Source: Tetramitus jugosus
Taxonomy: Eukaryota; Protista; Heterolobosea
Direction of reading: 5' to 3'
Assembly: GCA_937625935.1 (NCBI GenBank)
Contig: OW569356.1
Span: forward strand, 186,001-250,000
Length of the DNA: 64,000 nucleotides
Positions 1 through 11,632 of the stretch are shown here, in pieces; within the stretch, counting starts at the first letter, position 1; every line of letters starts with the position of its first letter. A program made the position numbers and the translations under genes. The notes under the pieces were generated by a model that was not told the DNA's origin, searched no databases, and worked only from the letters and a program-made list of their open reading frames with translations.

Positions 1-587
1 GGATGGTTTTAAATCCCTATGAACCAAATGTCTATCTTTGTGTAAATATTTCAAACCTAATAGAACTTGATAGGTAATGAAACTCAAGACAGCCTCAGGA
101 ATTTTTCCAAACACCTTTGTGATATCAGCCATACTTCCTCCTTCCATGTATTCCAATGCAATAGAGATACTACCTTCATTGTAGAATGCTCCATAAAATC
201 CAACAAGTTGAGAGCAATTAGAAGAGTATAGAGCTTCCAATTCTTTTATAATTTGCTTTCTCTTCTCTGCATCGAACACACTTATATCCTTCATGGCAAC
301 AATCTTTTGGGTTGGCTTGTGAAGAGTCTTGTAGACAATACCGGAGCTCCCTTGTCCCAATGGTTCCATTTTCTCCAATTCTGATTGTTTCAAGCCTCTC
401 CACTCATCACCGATACTGAATTGGCCCTTTTTAAATGTTCCGCTCTGCGTTCTACACCAAGAAGAATCAATAGAACAATATTCTTTGAGACCAAGTATTC
501 TAACATACAGCTCGAAAAGTATTGAGTTACATACACTTGATAGTCTTCACTCTCTCCAGTTACATCGATCCTCAATGGTTTCTTCAT
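1..587 (-). CDS. MAP kinase kinase (MAP2K/STE7 family), 5' part; runs off the window edge
   Basis: ATG at 587, intron 534-452 (GTATGT...TAG). Spliced translation gives VTQSGTFKKG, LGQGSSGIVYK (Gly loop), VAMK, FYGAF...ISIALEYMEGGS and HRDLKPS. Not assembled in the ORF track. Confidence 0.93.
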
Positions 588-775
588 TGTTGTGAATGTG
601 CGATTCGTTCTGTTGGTTGGAATGTGTTCTCGAGAAGACTTCCCGTAGTCAGCAAGAGAACACATCCATAGCAACAGTCTATAGTCGGGGAAAGGAAAGT
701 ACTACTACGGATCATCGGAAAACTGCATGTGAAAAAGAAGCTTCCAAACCTTTTCTCCTGTCTGAGCTCAATTCT

Positions 776-1984
776 TTATTCTTCATCTTCATCTCCATCA
801 TCATAGTCGACAGCTCTTGGAGGTATGAGATGGCAGATACATTTCTCGGACTCTTTTCCACATCCATAACAGAAATGAGCACCACAGAGACAGGACATAC
901 TAGAACATCCCGCGCTTCTCTCTACAAATCTAGCACAAGATGGACATCGTTGGATGTGCTTGCTATCAACATATTGAAAAAAAAGAGCATCATTCGGATC
1001 CATGCCTCCTCCTTCCAACTTTTTCCACTTTTGGTAGCCGACACAAGTCTTTCCATAGTGGTAAGGAACTCTACAACTGAGACAATAGTGTTCTCTGCAC
1101 AGCTCGCACCTAAAATGACAATTATCCTCATTCAGATCATCATAGCTCACAATATACTTACAATCAGGAGTTGGACACTGAAGGAACTTGACTTTTTGGT
1201 TGGCAGTCTGACCAGAAACAGCGTATTCAAACGAATTTCTATAGAAGAGAGCCATTTGTGGCATGGAGAGCAAATGTTGCAAATCATCTGCCATAATCTC
1301 CTTGGCACACTTTGTGTTTGGGCACACGATTGGAAATGAGCGACTCTTGATCTTTTCCATGACATATTCTCTGAGACACTCGGTACAGACATGAACATTC
1401 TCACAAGCTTCATTGGCTTGACAGTTGATGGGCTTAAATGTCTCATCCTTGTCCTTCTCTTCAAAACAAATCATACATGTAACCATTACAATCTTTTCCT
1501 TTTGCTTGTTTTTGTTCTTGAGGCTGGCACTAGCCTCTGATGACTCCTTTTGTTCTTCAGCATCTCCCTTTGGTTCAGCAGACTCTTCAAATCTTGGTCT
1601 CTTTGGTTCTTCACTTGTTGTTGCTGTTTCTTGTTCCAGTTTTCGTTTCGTTTGTGTGTTTGTTGTGGTTGGCGTGGATTGACTCAATTGACTCTGTTGT
1701 GAATGATTTCTCATGAAATGAGCATTCTGTCTTCTGATCAATGACTGAATCTCCAACAGAATTTTCTTTCTGTGACCCACCTTGTCAACACTCATGTCCT
1801 TGAGATCGTCATTTGTCAATTGCAACAATTCTCGTCCAGAGATGTCATTGCTGGAGAATGTGCTCTGATACTCTGGTAGTTGCACGATATTGGACAACCA
1901 GTCAGTCACATCAGTCAGTGACCATGTTATGGGTTGGTTGGAATTCATCAAGGATGGTTCTTCAAAGGATTGAGTGATGCTCAT
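776..1984 (-). CDS. SAM-domain + RBR (RING1-IBR-RING2) E3 ubiquitin ligase
   Basis: N-terminal SAM (WSLTDVTDWL...ISGRELLQLTNDDLKDMSVDKVGHRKKIL); RING1 CMICF...CTECL...CPNTKC; IBR CPTPDC...CELC...CLSCRVPYH; RING2 CPSC...GCSSMSCLCGAHFCYGC. Confidence 0.88.
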   Translation of the reverse strand: MSITQSFEEPSLMNSNQPITWSLTDVTDWLSNIVQLPEYQSTFSSNDISGRELLQLTNDDLKDMSVDKVGHRKKILLEIQSLIRRQNAHFMRNHSQQSQLSQSTPTTTNTQTKRKLEQETATTSEEPKRPRFEESAEPKGDAEEQKESSEASASLKNKNKQKEKIVMVTCMICFEEKDKDETFKPINCQANEACENVHVCTECLREYVMEKIKSRSFPIVCPNTKCAKEIMADDLQHLLSMPQMALFYRNSFEYAVSGQTANQKVKFLQCPTPDCKYIVSYDDLNEDNCHFRCELCREHYCLSCRVPYHYGKTCVGYQKWKKLEGGGMDPNDALFFQYVDSKHIQRCPSCARFVERSAGCSSMSCLCGAHFCYGCGKESEKCICHLIPPRAVDYDDGDEDEE

Positions 1985-2082
1985 TGCAGTTGTAGTGTTG
2001 TCAGTTCAGTGCTGTTGTTGTGTGGTTTGTTTGGTGGTGTAGGAAATATCCCACAAAAGAAGGAACTTGTTTTATTTCTCCC

Positions 2083-5000
2083 TCAACGAGAAAAAAATTC
2101 CAGCAAAAGCTGGATGTTGAAAGTGTCGAGCGAAGCATCCAGCTCGTCACAAAGGAAAATTGACGACGGAAACACTCGCTGGAGAGCTAGGGAGAGAGCA
2201 CAAGCGCACAAAGCTTGTTGTCCACCAGAAAGCTGTGACACCGATTTCCATCCCATCTTGTTCGGTTTACACAAGAGGGAAACACCATTTTCGAACAGCA
2301 GAGTTTTATCCTTGAGTGAGGGCAATGGATGAGTATGGGTGGGTGAATAGCGAATAGACATCTAATAATGATAGTAATCAGCTTACCTCTGAATAACTGA
2401 TACAGCATTGATATTGTGGATCTAGTCCCTCAAATAATGAAGACAGGTGGTCGTTGACCAATGCACACAATTGGTGAAATTGTTGATATCTTTCTGTTGA
2501 CAATCTCTCAATTCTCACAAGGGAGTTTGCTGTGTTGATAGATTATTTAACAACAAATCCATTCATTCAGACAATCTAAACAGTTATAATGAACTTACCT
2601 AAAATGTTGTTTGTTTCCTCTATGGAGTGCTGAAGATTAGTGATCTCATGTTGCAGTAGTGATCCTCTTTCTATTGACTGTGATGCCGTTAGATCTAGAA
2701 CATGTTTAAAATACTTTGTTTCATCGACAACAAACATACCTCTATTTGAATTGTTGATCTAGTCTCCTGTATCAGGGAGTACATGGCATCAAGTTCATTC
2801 TTTGCAGATTTTAAGCTCTCTGACATTTCATTAATTTCCTCAGAACTTTCTGATGAAACAACAGAATCATACTCTTCGATGTGAATTGATTTGTGGAGCT
2901 TATCTCTCTGTCTTTCGAGGTCTTCAATCTCACTTACAACTTTCCTCTCTTTGTCCATAATACGAGCGAGATCTCTTTCGATCTTGTTCTTCCTTCGAGT
3001 GTCCTTACTTGTGTCCTGCTTTACCTGCACCAACTTCGTTTTTAATTCTCTTGATTCTGAACGAATTGCCTCTCTCTGTCGTTGATTCTACCTCCTTCCG
3101 ATCTGTTGGTTTCATCGTAGCATTGAGAAAATTTGGACTGTATTCTTTGGTTTTCTGTAACAAGTTCCATAATGTTCCTCTCAAGATCCGAAATTGATTC
3201 TCTGATTCTAATTAATTCGTGTGATTGTTCCTTCTTCAATTCTTCCAGCTCATCTACTGACTTAGTGCAATCATCTGTATCCAGGGAGAAAAAGTTAATA
3301 GAACTATTCTTTGATCGGAAACGAACCTCTCCACTGCTATGATAAATCTCGCCGGAAAGAGACACGATGTTTCTCCTTACACTTTTGTCCACAGAACACT
3401 GTCTCTTTAAATTCATACTAACATCGTTGCTATCTGATATCCACCAATTTTTCGTGTACTTGTTGATGATACCTGTCACTTTCGGATTTGACGTGATGAT
3501 CTTGGACATCTCGATACAATCAGTTTCAATGCAAGTTCCTCTCTCCTCGAGGTGGTGCGAGGTGACGATCTCGCATTTTACCACTCCTATTTTGTTTCTC
3601 TTGAAGTAATCGATGACCTTGAGGGCTGTGTTTGATGAATCCACAATAACTGTGTTGACAATAATTGGTTGGAGGACGGAACTGACGGCAAGATCATACT
3701 TGCGATCAAACATGCAAAGATCGGTAAGATTTCCAAGAACCCCCTCGGTTGAAGCTTGCAAGATTCTCACAATAGTCATGAATTTCTTCTGTTCATACAT
3801 AGATGAACCCTTCCTTTCATGTATGTTGCGATTTAAACGCTCAATGTTGCTCCTAATGTCCACTTCCTGGTTTTTTAGTCTCAAAATATCCGCATGAGCC
3901 TTGTCTGACTTATTTTGGTTTTGGGACAGTTGGGTCTGCAATTCCTTTCTCTTATCCTCTAATTCTTTCTTTGTGGTTTCTGCAACTCTCTCTTTTTGAT
4001 GATTTGATACGAGGCGTAAGTATTTAGGGTCAGTGCTCAACTTGTGAATACTTTTCTCCAGTGTCTTGATTTCTTCAAACTGTGATAGATCCCTAACTCG
4101 CGCCTTCTTAAACTGTTAGCATTAACAAACTGTAATTTGAAACAGATATTAAGTCTTACCTCCTCTTCTTTCATCTTCTTCAGCTTTGAAGATAAAGCGT
4201 CATGGTGTGTTGTAAAATGCTCATTTTTTGCTCTTAAGGAATCCAACTCAGCGATGACTTGAATCTTTCTTTTTGTAATTCGGCAATTCTTTCGTTTGTA
4301 AGTTTCTTCTTCAGTTTGAATTAAATCTTGTTTGGATAGTAGTTCTCCAAGACCAAGTGTTTTCGTCTGTATCTCGTTGGTCACACTGATAAGTTTCAAC
4401 TTCTTCTCCTCTTCATGGATGCTACACTGCTGGACATCATTTAGTAGCTTACAGCGATTCTTGGAATATTTTAGCTTTTCTCTGGTCTTCACCTCTATCT
4501 CTCTCTTCACATGATTATACTTCATTCGGTTCAGCTCATTCAATCTCGATAGATACCCATTTTGTTTCACCTTGTAATTGTTTAGTTCTTGGATATAATC
4601 ATTGAATTCATTCATCTTAGGCTGTAACACACTAAGCTCAGATCTCTTCGAGATTAACTGTTGTGTCTGGTTGTGGATCCCTAATTTTAGTTCAGATGCT
4701 CTCTTTCTCTCTTGGTTCACCTCATCCTTCAAGGTATCTAGACCAATGAGAGTTTCTAACTCTTCCATCATTTCGACAGGTTTCCTCTGAGCTAGTCGAA
4801 CTGTCGAGTGCTGCAAGATGATGAATCTCTCAGGAAAATTAATATCCACACCAAATGACTTTAATGTGTGTTGAACATTTTCCTTGGACACTTTCTCCGT
4901 TGAGTGTCCACTGAGAGTCATCTGATATTGACTCTTGCCTCTCTTATCTATCGATCTCGTAAGAGAAAGTGAATTGACATGGAAATTGGTCACATTATCA

Positions 5001-5567
5001 ACAACATCAAAGTTCAAAGTTACTTCAGCGGTAGGAGAAGTTTCCTCGCTCATTAACTCTCTGTTTATCAAAGAAGTAAGATCTGAGTGGGAAAGATTTT
5101 AGTGGTTAAGTTCAGTAAAAGAAGAAAATTTTTCATGTGAATACAACAATTAAACCCTACTCTTTGAACGAATGTCTTTGGACTGGAAGCCAAACACGAA
5201 GCAAATGGCATCAAAGAGATTGCTTTTGCCACATCCATTAACCCCAACAATGCTGAAACAAAAGAGTGATCATTAGAGGTAAGTAGTATGTACATTTACA
5301 AAAAGAATAACTTCAAAATGAGCTATACCATGTGAATCTAGAATCAAACGGTCCGACCTCATGTCTCTCCTTGTAGCTCTTGAATCCTTGCAATACAACG
5401 CTTGTCAAAATCAGTCTCTGCTTCAACTTGAACTTTTCCTTACTCAGATTATCATGTTTATTCACCTCTTCAGCTCTGTCATTTTTATGATTTTCAGTTT
5501 TTGTATTCGAACTTTCCTCACTCTCACTATCGCTGTGATCGTATACAACTCTTCTGCGCTTTGCCAT
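2083..5567 (-). CDS. Divergent SMC-family ATPase (SMC4-like), ~8 exons, ~1000 aa
   Basis: Spliced: GFKSY...[30 protein letters not shown] (Walker A), Q-loop FIILQ, hinge GVLGNLTDLC..DRKYDLAVS, signature LSGGQQ, Walker B/D-loop FLCDELDASLD. Introns about 5328-5253, 5160-5083, 4159-4107, ~3160-3089 (uncertain), ~2739-2680, ~2599-2530, ~2387-2310. Confidence 0.8.
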
Positions 5568-5946
5568 TTTCTGTTTTCCTTTCGGGGATTTTTGGAATTG
5601 AGCGGCAATTTTCTCGGGGGCGGTATGGCATCGATTCAAAAGTTCTGCAAACAGCTGTTGATGAGATCTCTATGTTAGTCTCCTTGTTGTAACATTTGAA
5701 ACTCAAGAGATGCTGACCGCTCACTCCTGCGTAGTTGTTCGACAGATATCAGTTAGGCGGACCTAGGTTGGAAATTCCATCATCTATCAGAGGCCGGCCT
5801 CCCCATGTCATTGCCGCGTTCCAACATGGGGTTCGGTTTGTCCAATTTGCCCAGAGTGACGACATCAATACCCAACAACGCAGCACGCCAGCGTGTTAAT
5901 TTCACACGACAACAAACAAAACTTTTGATAGCAAGTTCTTCATGCC

Positions 5947-8279
5947 ATGCAGACACCGATCAGTGACTCACTATTCAACCTCACCAACAGCAATAATGGT
6001 GCTTCCTTGAGCAACACATCTCTCAACGGAAATGAATCTACTGATTCAGTTGTTTACAATTGCGCCACAGCAAATCACACACCAACATTTCCGTTGGAGG
6101 TCATGGCCGATGCGCTCTACGGTCGAGAATTTTCTCGAATGGAGCGACAACAAGTATACAAGCTCTTTGATCAACCAGAGCTATTGAGCAAACAGCTGTA
6201 TTCGTTGGACAAGTTTGAGGCAAGAAAATTTGTGGAGAAACAAGCAAGAATTGTCTTGCAAGATCCAATGATGGCCATGTATCGCATCAAACAAGAACCC
6301 ATCAAAATTGTTCATCGTATCACAATGTCTGGCATGTTGAATACGAGCTTGGGAACTAAAAGTATGTGTCATCGTTTTGTTTGTGTGTTTTTTTGTTTCA
6401 TTCGCTTGTTGCTTACACACTGAATGTGTGTGATCCCTTTGTTCACATGTGTTACCATGAAAGTGGGTGTCCAGTCTGGCTTGTTTGGTGGATCAGTGCT
6501 AAACTTGGGTGGTGAACGACATGCGCACTTGCTTGCACCTATATCAAAGCTTGAGTTGGCCGGTTGTTTCTGTATGACTGAATTATTGCATGGTATGGTT
6601 TTTTGTTGTTATTCTTTGGCCACGTACCAATGTCCGTGTCGCTTCGCTCTTTTGTGTGTTGGTTACGTAATCTCACTTACGAATGACGTCAATGTCTGGA
6701 ATTTTTGTTTTTCATCTGGAATAAATTCATTGCAGGCTCCAACGTGAAAGGCTTACAAACAACGGCCACGTACGACCCCAAAACAGAAGAGTTTGTCGTC
6801 CATACCCCAAATAAGGGCGCAATCAAGTGGTGGATCGGAAATGCTGCTTTGAGTGGTCAGATTGGCACTGTGTTTGCTCGTTTGATTGCTCAGGGAAAGG
6901 ATCATGGCGTCCATGCTTTCCTTGTTCCGCTCAGAGACTTGAAGACTCATGAGTTGTGTCCTGGTGTCATTATTGGTGATTGTGGTGATAAGAATGGACT
7001 CCATGGTGTTGACAATGGCTTCATTGCATTCAATCAAGTTCGTATCCCTCGTGTAAACTTGCTCAACAGGTTTGCAGACGTGCTACCAGATGGTACATAT
7101 ACATCCCCGATCCCAAGTGAGAACAAAAGATTTGCTAGTTTGTTGGGTGAGCTCATCACTGGCAGAGCATCCCTATCAGTCAACACAATGAACATTAGAA
7201 GAAAGGCCACCTGTATAGCTACGAGATATGCTCATCAGAGAAGACAATTTGGACCTGACGAGGACAATGAAATACCCATCATTGATTATCCTTCCACTTG
7301 TGTGAGACTCATGCCAATCATTGCTTCATGCTATGCGGGTGAGTTTGCACTCAGAGCTGTAATGATCAAGTATGCACGTTTGTTTGACAAGTCACAGGAC
7401 AGGAGCAAGAGCCTCGCTGAGACACATGCTCTCATCTCTGGTTTGAAGGCTGTTTTGACAACAGACACCCAGAGATCGTTGCAAGTCTTGAGAGAGTGCT
7501 GTGGAGGTCATGGGTATAGTGCCTATTGTCACATTGGCATTCTTTCAAATGATAATGATATCATGCAGACCTATGAGGGAGATAACACTGTTCTTGTCCA
7601 ACAATTAGGTGGCTACTTATTGAAGAAGTTTTCGGAGCAATTTAAGGGCAACCTGCTCGTTGATGGTTTAAATTTCTTGAAGAAGCAGATTAGCTCTACA
7701 GTTGTGCAACGAAATCCTGTCATTACTCGAGTGACCGTTAAGAATCATCTCTGTGATTATACTTATCATCTAACAGCTTTCGAATACAGAACTGCCAAGT
7801 TGTTGACTGATTGTGCAACGAACTTCAGTGCCAATAAGAAGAAAATGGGTCAATTCCGTGCGTGGGCCTCTGTCGTTCCAACCATGCTGAAGTTGGGCCG
7901 TGCTTACATGGAACAATACTCTCTTGAACAATTTGTTGAAGTGATTCAATCCACCCCCAGCGAGCACACGCAAGTGAGACAAGCTTTGAAAGAAATGTGT
8001 AAAGTGTATGCTTTGTCGATCATGGACAGATGTGCAGGAGAGTTTGGAGATTTATTCCGAGGAGGTAAAACTAGGGCTGTCAGCAAAGTATTTGGAGAGA
8101 GTTGTGTGGCAATGAAACATCACTCATTATCGTTGGTTGATGCCTTCGAAATACCAGACTTTCTACTCGATGCCCCAATTGGCCTTTCCAACAGTAACTA
8201 TCTCGATAATTTGTTGCATTATACGGAGGTGAAGAATCCCGAGAACGCTGCTGCATTCACTCTTCTATCCAAACTATAA
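5947..8279 (+). CDS. ACOX: Peroxisomal acyl-CoA oxidase (3 exons)
   Basis: Introns 6363-6463 and 6593-6736 give GTKMGVQSGLFGG and [24 protein letters not shown]; also KWWIGN, GVDNG, RECCGGHGY, TYEGDNTVL; C-terminal PTS1 -SKL. Confidence 0.93.
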
Positions 8280-8307
8280 ATTATCAACGCTAAATTTTCA
8301 ACACTTC

Positions 8308-9771
8308 TCATGATTTGAAATTCTTCTCAAACTTGTCCACCCATTCGGCAGTCTTTTGGAGATAAAAATCGGGCTCGTTTGGAAGATAGTTTTTGTAGTC
8401 TTCAGTGTTACCGGAAACACTAGAAACGTACTGAGCGGGTACAGCAGGTTCGATTTGTGTTCCTTCGTGCCACTCATTGTAACTAGTAATAGAAATGATT
8501 GATGGTGTTGTATCGATTGCGCTCTGCCACATATCATCATAGTATTTCCCGTTTTTACGATCTCGAACATTATTCTCATTCCAGGGTCTGATCCGAGTAT
8601 CTATATAACCTGGGGCAACAGATGGAATAAAGAACAGTCCATGTTTTTCTGCAAATGAGTGAATGGACTTCCAATTCGAAGGAGTGCTACCATGTGTGAA
8701 CCGAGTGGCACCAAAGTAAGTATAAAATCCATCAAACCCAGAATTCTTAAAAAATGCCTCTGAAGACAGCTTGTCAGTGTATAGGCCGATCAAAATAGAA
8801 TCATAGGACTTATCTCCATTACTCTGTCTCATTAATTTGTGAATTGCGTTATTCCATTCATTGGCCTTGATCAAATACGAATCATAAACATAAAATAGTG
8901 GCATTGCGACTTGATCCTTATCACTTGAACTCTTACTTCCAGTGTGAAGGTCACTTCGTTTCACACGATAGAATGCACTTGAACCACCATATGTATCAAT
9001 CAAGAAACGTGCATCGTTCAATGTTGATTCAGCTGTTCTGTCACGATACGGCTCCAAATGAAACACAATCAATACACCAAGCTCCTCTGCCACAGAAAAC
9101 AACTTGTTCAAATAATCGTGCTCCGATTGAGCCTGTTTCTGCGATATATTGTCATCTCCACGACCTCCCCAGTACGACACGATAATGGTTTGAATGTGAG
9201 CCTGATCTCTAATCTCTGTTAAATGATGCTTCATGGTAACTTCATCCAGTGATGAATAGAGGCCAATCTTTGGGAAGTAATCAGCACCAATCTCATTCTT
9301 GTCCACATTGGAAGGTTGATTAATGTTCTTGAACATGGCATTGGTCGATGGAGTCCAATGAGGTAACACTTTGTGATTCCAGTGATCATAGGATCCATCA
9401 TGCTCCTTGTTCCGATACCATGCATAATAAAAGATGTGACTTCGCGATGATGTTGATACCTTTGAAGCTTTTGTTGCAACGACAAGCGGAGCAGTAAGTG
9501 TGTCGGATTGAGTTTTGGCGCCTTTTTCATCGGATGTCGGAGTTGAAGTCTGATTATTCACGACGTCAGACAAAACGTCCGTGCTCTGTTGTTGCTGTTG
9601 TGTCGCAATGTTCAGCATGCTGACTGACGAAGGCGACTTTAGCTCTGGCAAATGAAAGTGCATCAAACAGTAGACAAAAACACAGAAAACAATCAGTGTC
9701 AAGAACAAAATTCTCCTGTTTGATCTGATACTAAAGGCAGTGTTCGGTTTCAGCCATCCACTCTTGTGCAT
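8308..9771 (-). CDS. MANEA: Glycoprotein endo-alpha-1,2-mannosidase (GH99), type II membrane protein
   Basis: N-terminal TM anchor, Ser/Thr stem, HIFYYAWY, HWNH, FHLEPY, PGYIDTRIRPWN, catalytic ITSYNEWHEGTQIEP. Confidence 0.9.
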   Translation of the reverse strand: MHKSGWLKPNTAFSIRSNRRILFLTLIVFCVFVYCLMHFHLPELKSPSSVSMLNIATQQQQQSTDVLSDVVNNQTSTPTSDEKGAKTQSDTLTAPLVVATKASKVSTSSRSHIFYYAWYRNKEHDGSYDHWNHKVLPHWTPSTNAMFKNINQPSNVDKNEIGADYFPKIGLYSSLDEVTMKHHLTEIRDQAHIQTIIVSYWGGRGDDNISQKQAQSEHDYLNKLFSVAEELGVLIVFHLEPYRDRTAESTLNDARFLIDTYGGSSAFYRVKRSDLHTGSKSSSDKDQVAMPLFYVYDSYLIKANEWNNAIHKLMRQSNGDKSYDSILIGLYTDKLSSEAFFKNSGFDGFYTYFGATRFTHGSTPSNWKSIHSFAEKHGLFFIPSVAPGYIDTRIRPWNENNVRDRKNGKYYDDMWQSAIDTTPSIISITSYNEWHEGTQIEPAVPAQYVSSVSGNTEDYKNYLPNEPDFYLQKTAEWVDKFEKNFKS

Positions 9772-10038
9772 CAGAAAAAGCTTGTTGTTTTTGCTTCTGT
9801 TATTTTGCCCGCCATTCTCCGCCGATCCTATTGGAACCTGGGAGTTTCGGTGTGTTGGAATCGGTGAATCTCACCTTGACACGCGACATTTTTGTCTCTC
9901 GTTGGAAATGCAGCCAAGAAAAACGCAATCAAATTAATCTATATATTCACTACCCAACGCGAGTAGCTGAACAACCTCACACACAAGCTTCTTGATCCTG
10001 AAACAGTCTTCTACCAGTACTACCATTGAAAAATCAAC

Positions 10039-11373
10039 ATGTTGAATGAACTACAGAGACAAATATTGACCAATTTCTTCAACAGCTACATCCTGTTCAA
10101 ATTGTCCGATTTGGACGAAACAACAGCTTATCATGCCTTGTGTTCCATCACCAACGACTCCATCTACTATCAACACAAGTACCTCTTTCAACGCATCGGA
10201 ATATTAGAGGGAATTGACTATTTTAGAACCATTCTGTCGCATCCGTTCCCTCAGAACGTTTCTGTGTCTCAGGAGGATGTCCCTAGTGACTCTGTCGTCA
10301 AATACAGAAATTTCAATGGTGAAGTCGTGATTGAACCAAAGGGTATCTTGGGACTGTCTTCGTTGAATGATGATTCGGTGAAGGAGCCTGTGATGCGACG
10401 TGATGTGATTCAATTTGTGAATCAAGTGGTTGAGAAGGAGAGGGAAGCACGCGTACCGACTGAACAAGTGTTTGATTTGGACAGTGGAATGCCTGCTGCG
10501 AGTGCGACGGCCGTCGTGGAGATGATTGTAGAGGATGGTGATGATAATGTTGTTGATGGTAACAGCAGTGATGACAGTGGTGATAACAAGGACAATCAAA
10601 ATAGCAACAAACAACAAATGACAAGTGAAGAAACTGAGGAGAGAATTGCTTCGCCTGAGATGATGAATATTGAGCTTCGATCGAACTCTGCTCCAAACTT
10701 TGAGCAATTGTCCACTGAAACACAACAGTATTGGGCCTCGTTGGTCAAATTGTTGAATTCGGATCACTTGTTCAGAGATTATAATGAAGTCAAGAATGTT
10801 TGGAACGCAATGAAGGATGATCAACAACAAAAAGTACTCATCGAGCTACAGTCAATGATTGGTGAATGTCTCATCCTGTACGATACGCTCATTAACTTGT
10901 TGTTGAAGTTTGCAATTGCGAGAACAAGCAAAACCTTCAATGCAAGTGATTTCTCAGAGTATATTCAGAGATTGAATCAAGAACAGAGCTCCAATGCGCA
11001 AACTAACCTGTTGTGTCTCTCCTATTTTTCGCGAGCGCTCTCCTACTGTATCAACAAGGACTATGAAGAATCGATCCAAGATTACACAAAGGCAATTGCA
11101 CTCCATGAGGCAGCTATTGTATATAATAACAGAGGCATGAGCTACTACTGCCTCAAAAAGTTCACGGAAGCCATGAAGGACCTGAATGTTGCAATCAAGA
11201 TGAAACCTGATTATGCAATGGCGTACTATAATCGATCACTGTGCAATGAGGCTACAGATCGAATCTTTGAGGCTCAACAAGATGCAAAGAAGGCTTATGT
11301 GCTCCAAACCAACAACACCGATTTCCAGGCAAGATATAAGACACTTAGGAACTTGATCGAGGGAATGCTGTAG
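10039..11373 (+). CDS. TPR-repeat protein
   Basis: Three C-terminal TPRs (YFSRA...YEESIQDYTKAI; YNNRG...AMKDLNVAIKMKPDY; AYYNRS); N-terminal half not recognised. Confidence 0.8.
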   Translation: MLNELQRQILTNFFNSYILFKLSDLDETTAYHALCSITNDSIYYQHKYLFQRIGILEGIDYFRTILSHPFPQNVSVSQEDVPSDSVVKYRNFNGEVVIEPKGILGLSSLNDDSVKEPVMRRDVIQFVNQVVEKEREARVPTEQVFDLDSGMPAASATAVVEMIVEDGDDNVVDGNSSDDSGDNKDNQNSNKQQMTSEETEERIASPEMMNIELRSNSAPNFEQLSTETQQYWASLVKLLNSDHLFRDYNEVKNVWNAMKDDQQQKVLIELQSMIGECLILYDTLINLLLKFAIARTSKTFNASDFSEYIQRLNQEQSSNAQTNLLCLSYFSRALSYCINKDYEESIQDYTKAIALHEAAIVYNNRGMSYYCLKKFTEAMKDLNVAIKMKPDYAMAYYNRSLCNEATDRIFEAQQDAKKAYVLQTNNTDFQARYKTLRNLIEGML

Positions 11374-11632
11374 TTGCGGACACCCTCCTAATATGGGCGA
11401 CTTGTGTGGGTAATTTTACTCGTCGGACGTCACCAAATTGTACCTAACGAGAAGTTCAACGTTAAGTTGGTCATTTTTCTGCTTCTGGTAAACATCATCT
11501 ATCACTGTCAGAACACCAAGAGTATCATTCCAACAAAAGATAAGCTCCTTTTTCGCAAATCGCTACGCCCGCACAATGTTCGCTCTAACCAAACAAATCA
11601 CACAACAAACAAACCAAACACCAATTAGAAAC

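Noticed and set aside
596-1339. 247-aa plus-strand ORF and the many other long antisense ORFs (e.g. 10204-10830, 51773-52429)
   Set aside because: Shadows of well-supported genes on the opposite strand, with no motifs of their own.
5761-5831. Cluster of palindromes (ACCTAGGT, AGGCCGGCCT, CCCCATGT/ACATGGGG hairpin) in the SMC/ACOX divergent promoter
   Set aside because: Short and single-copy; cannot be distinguished from chance and has no MITE-like termini.
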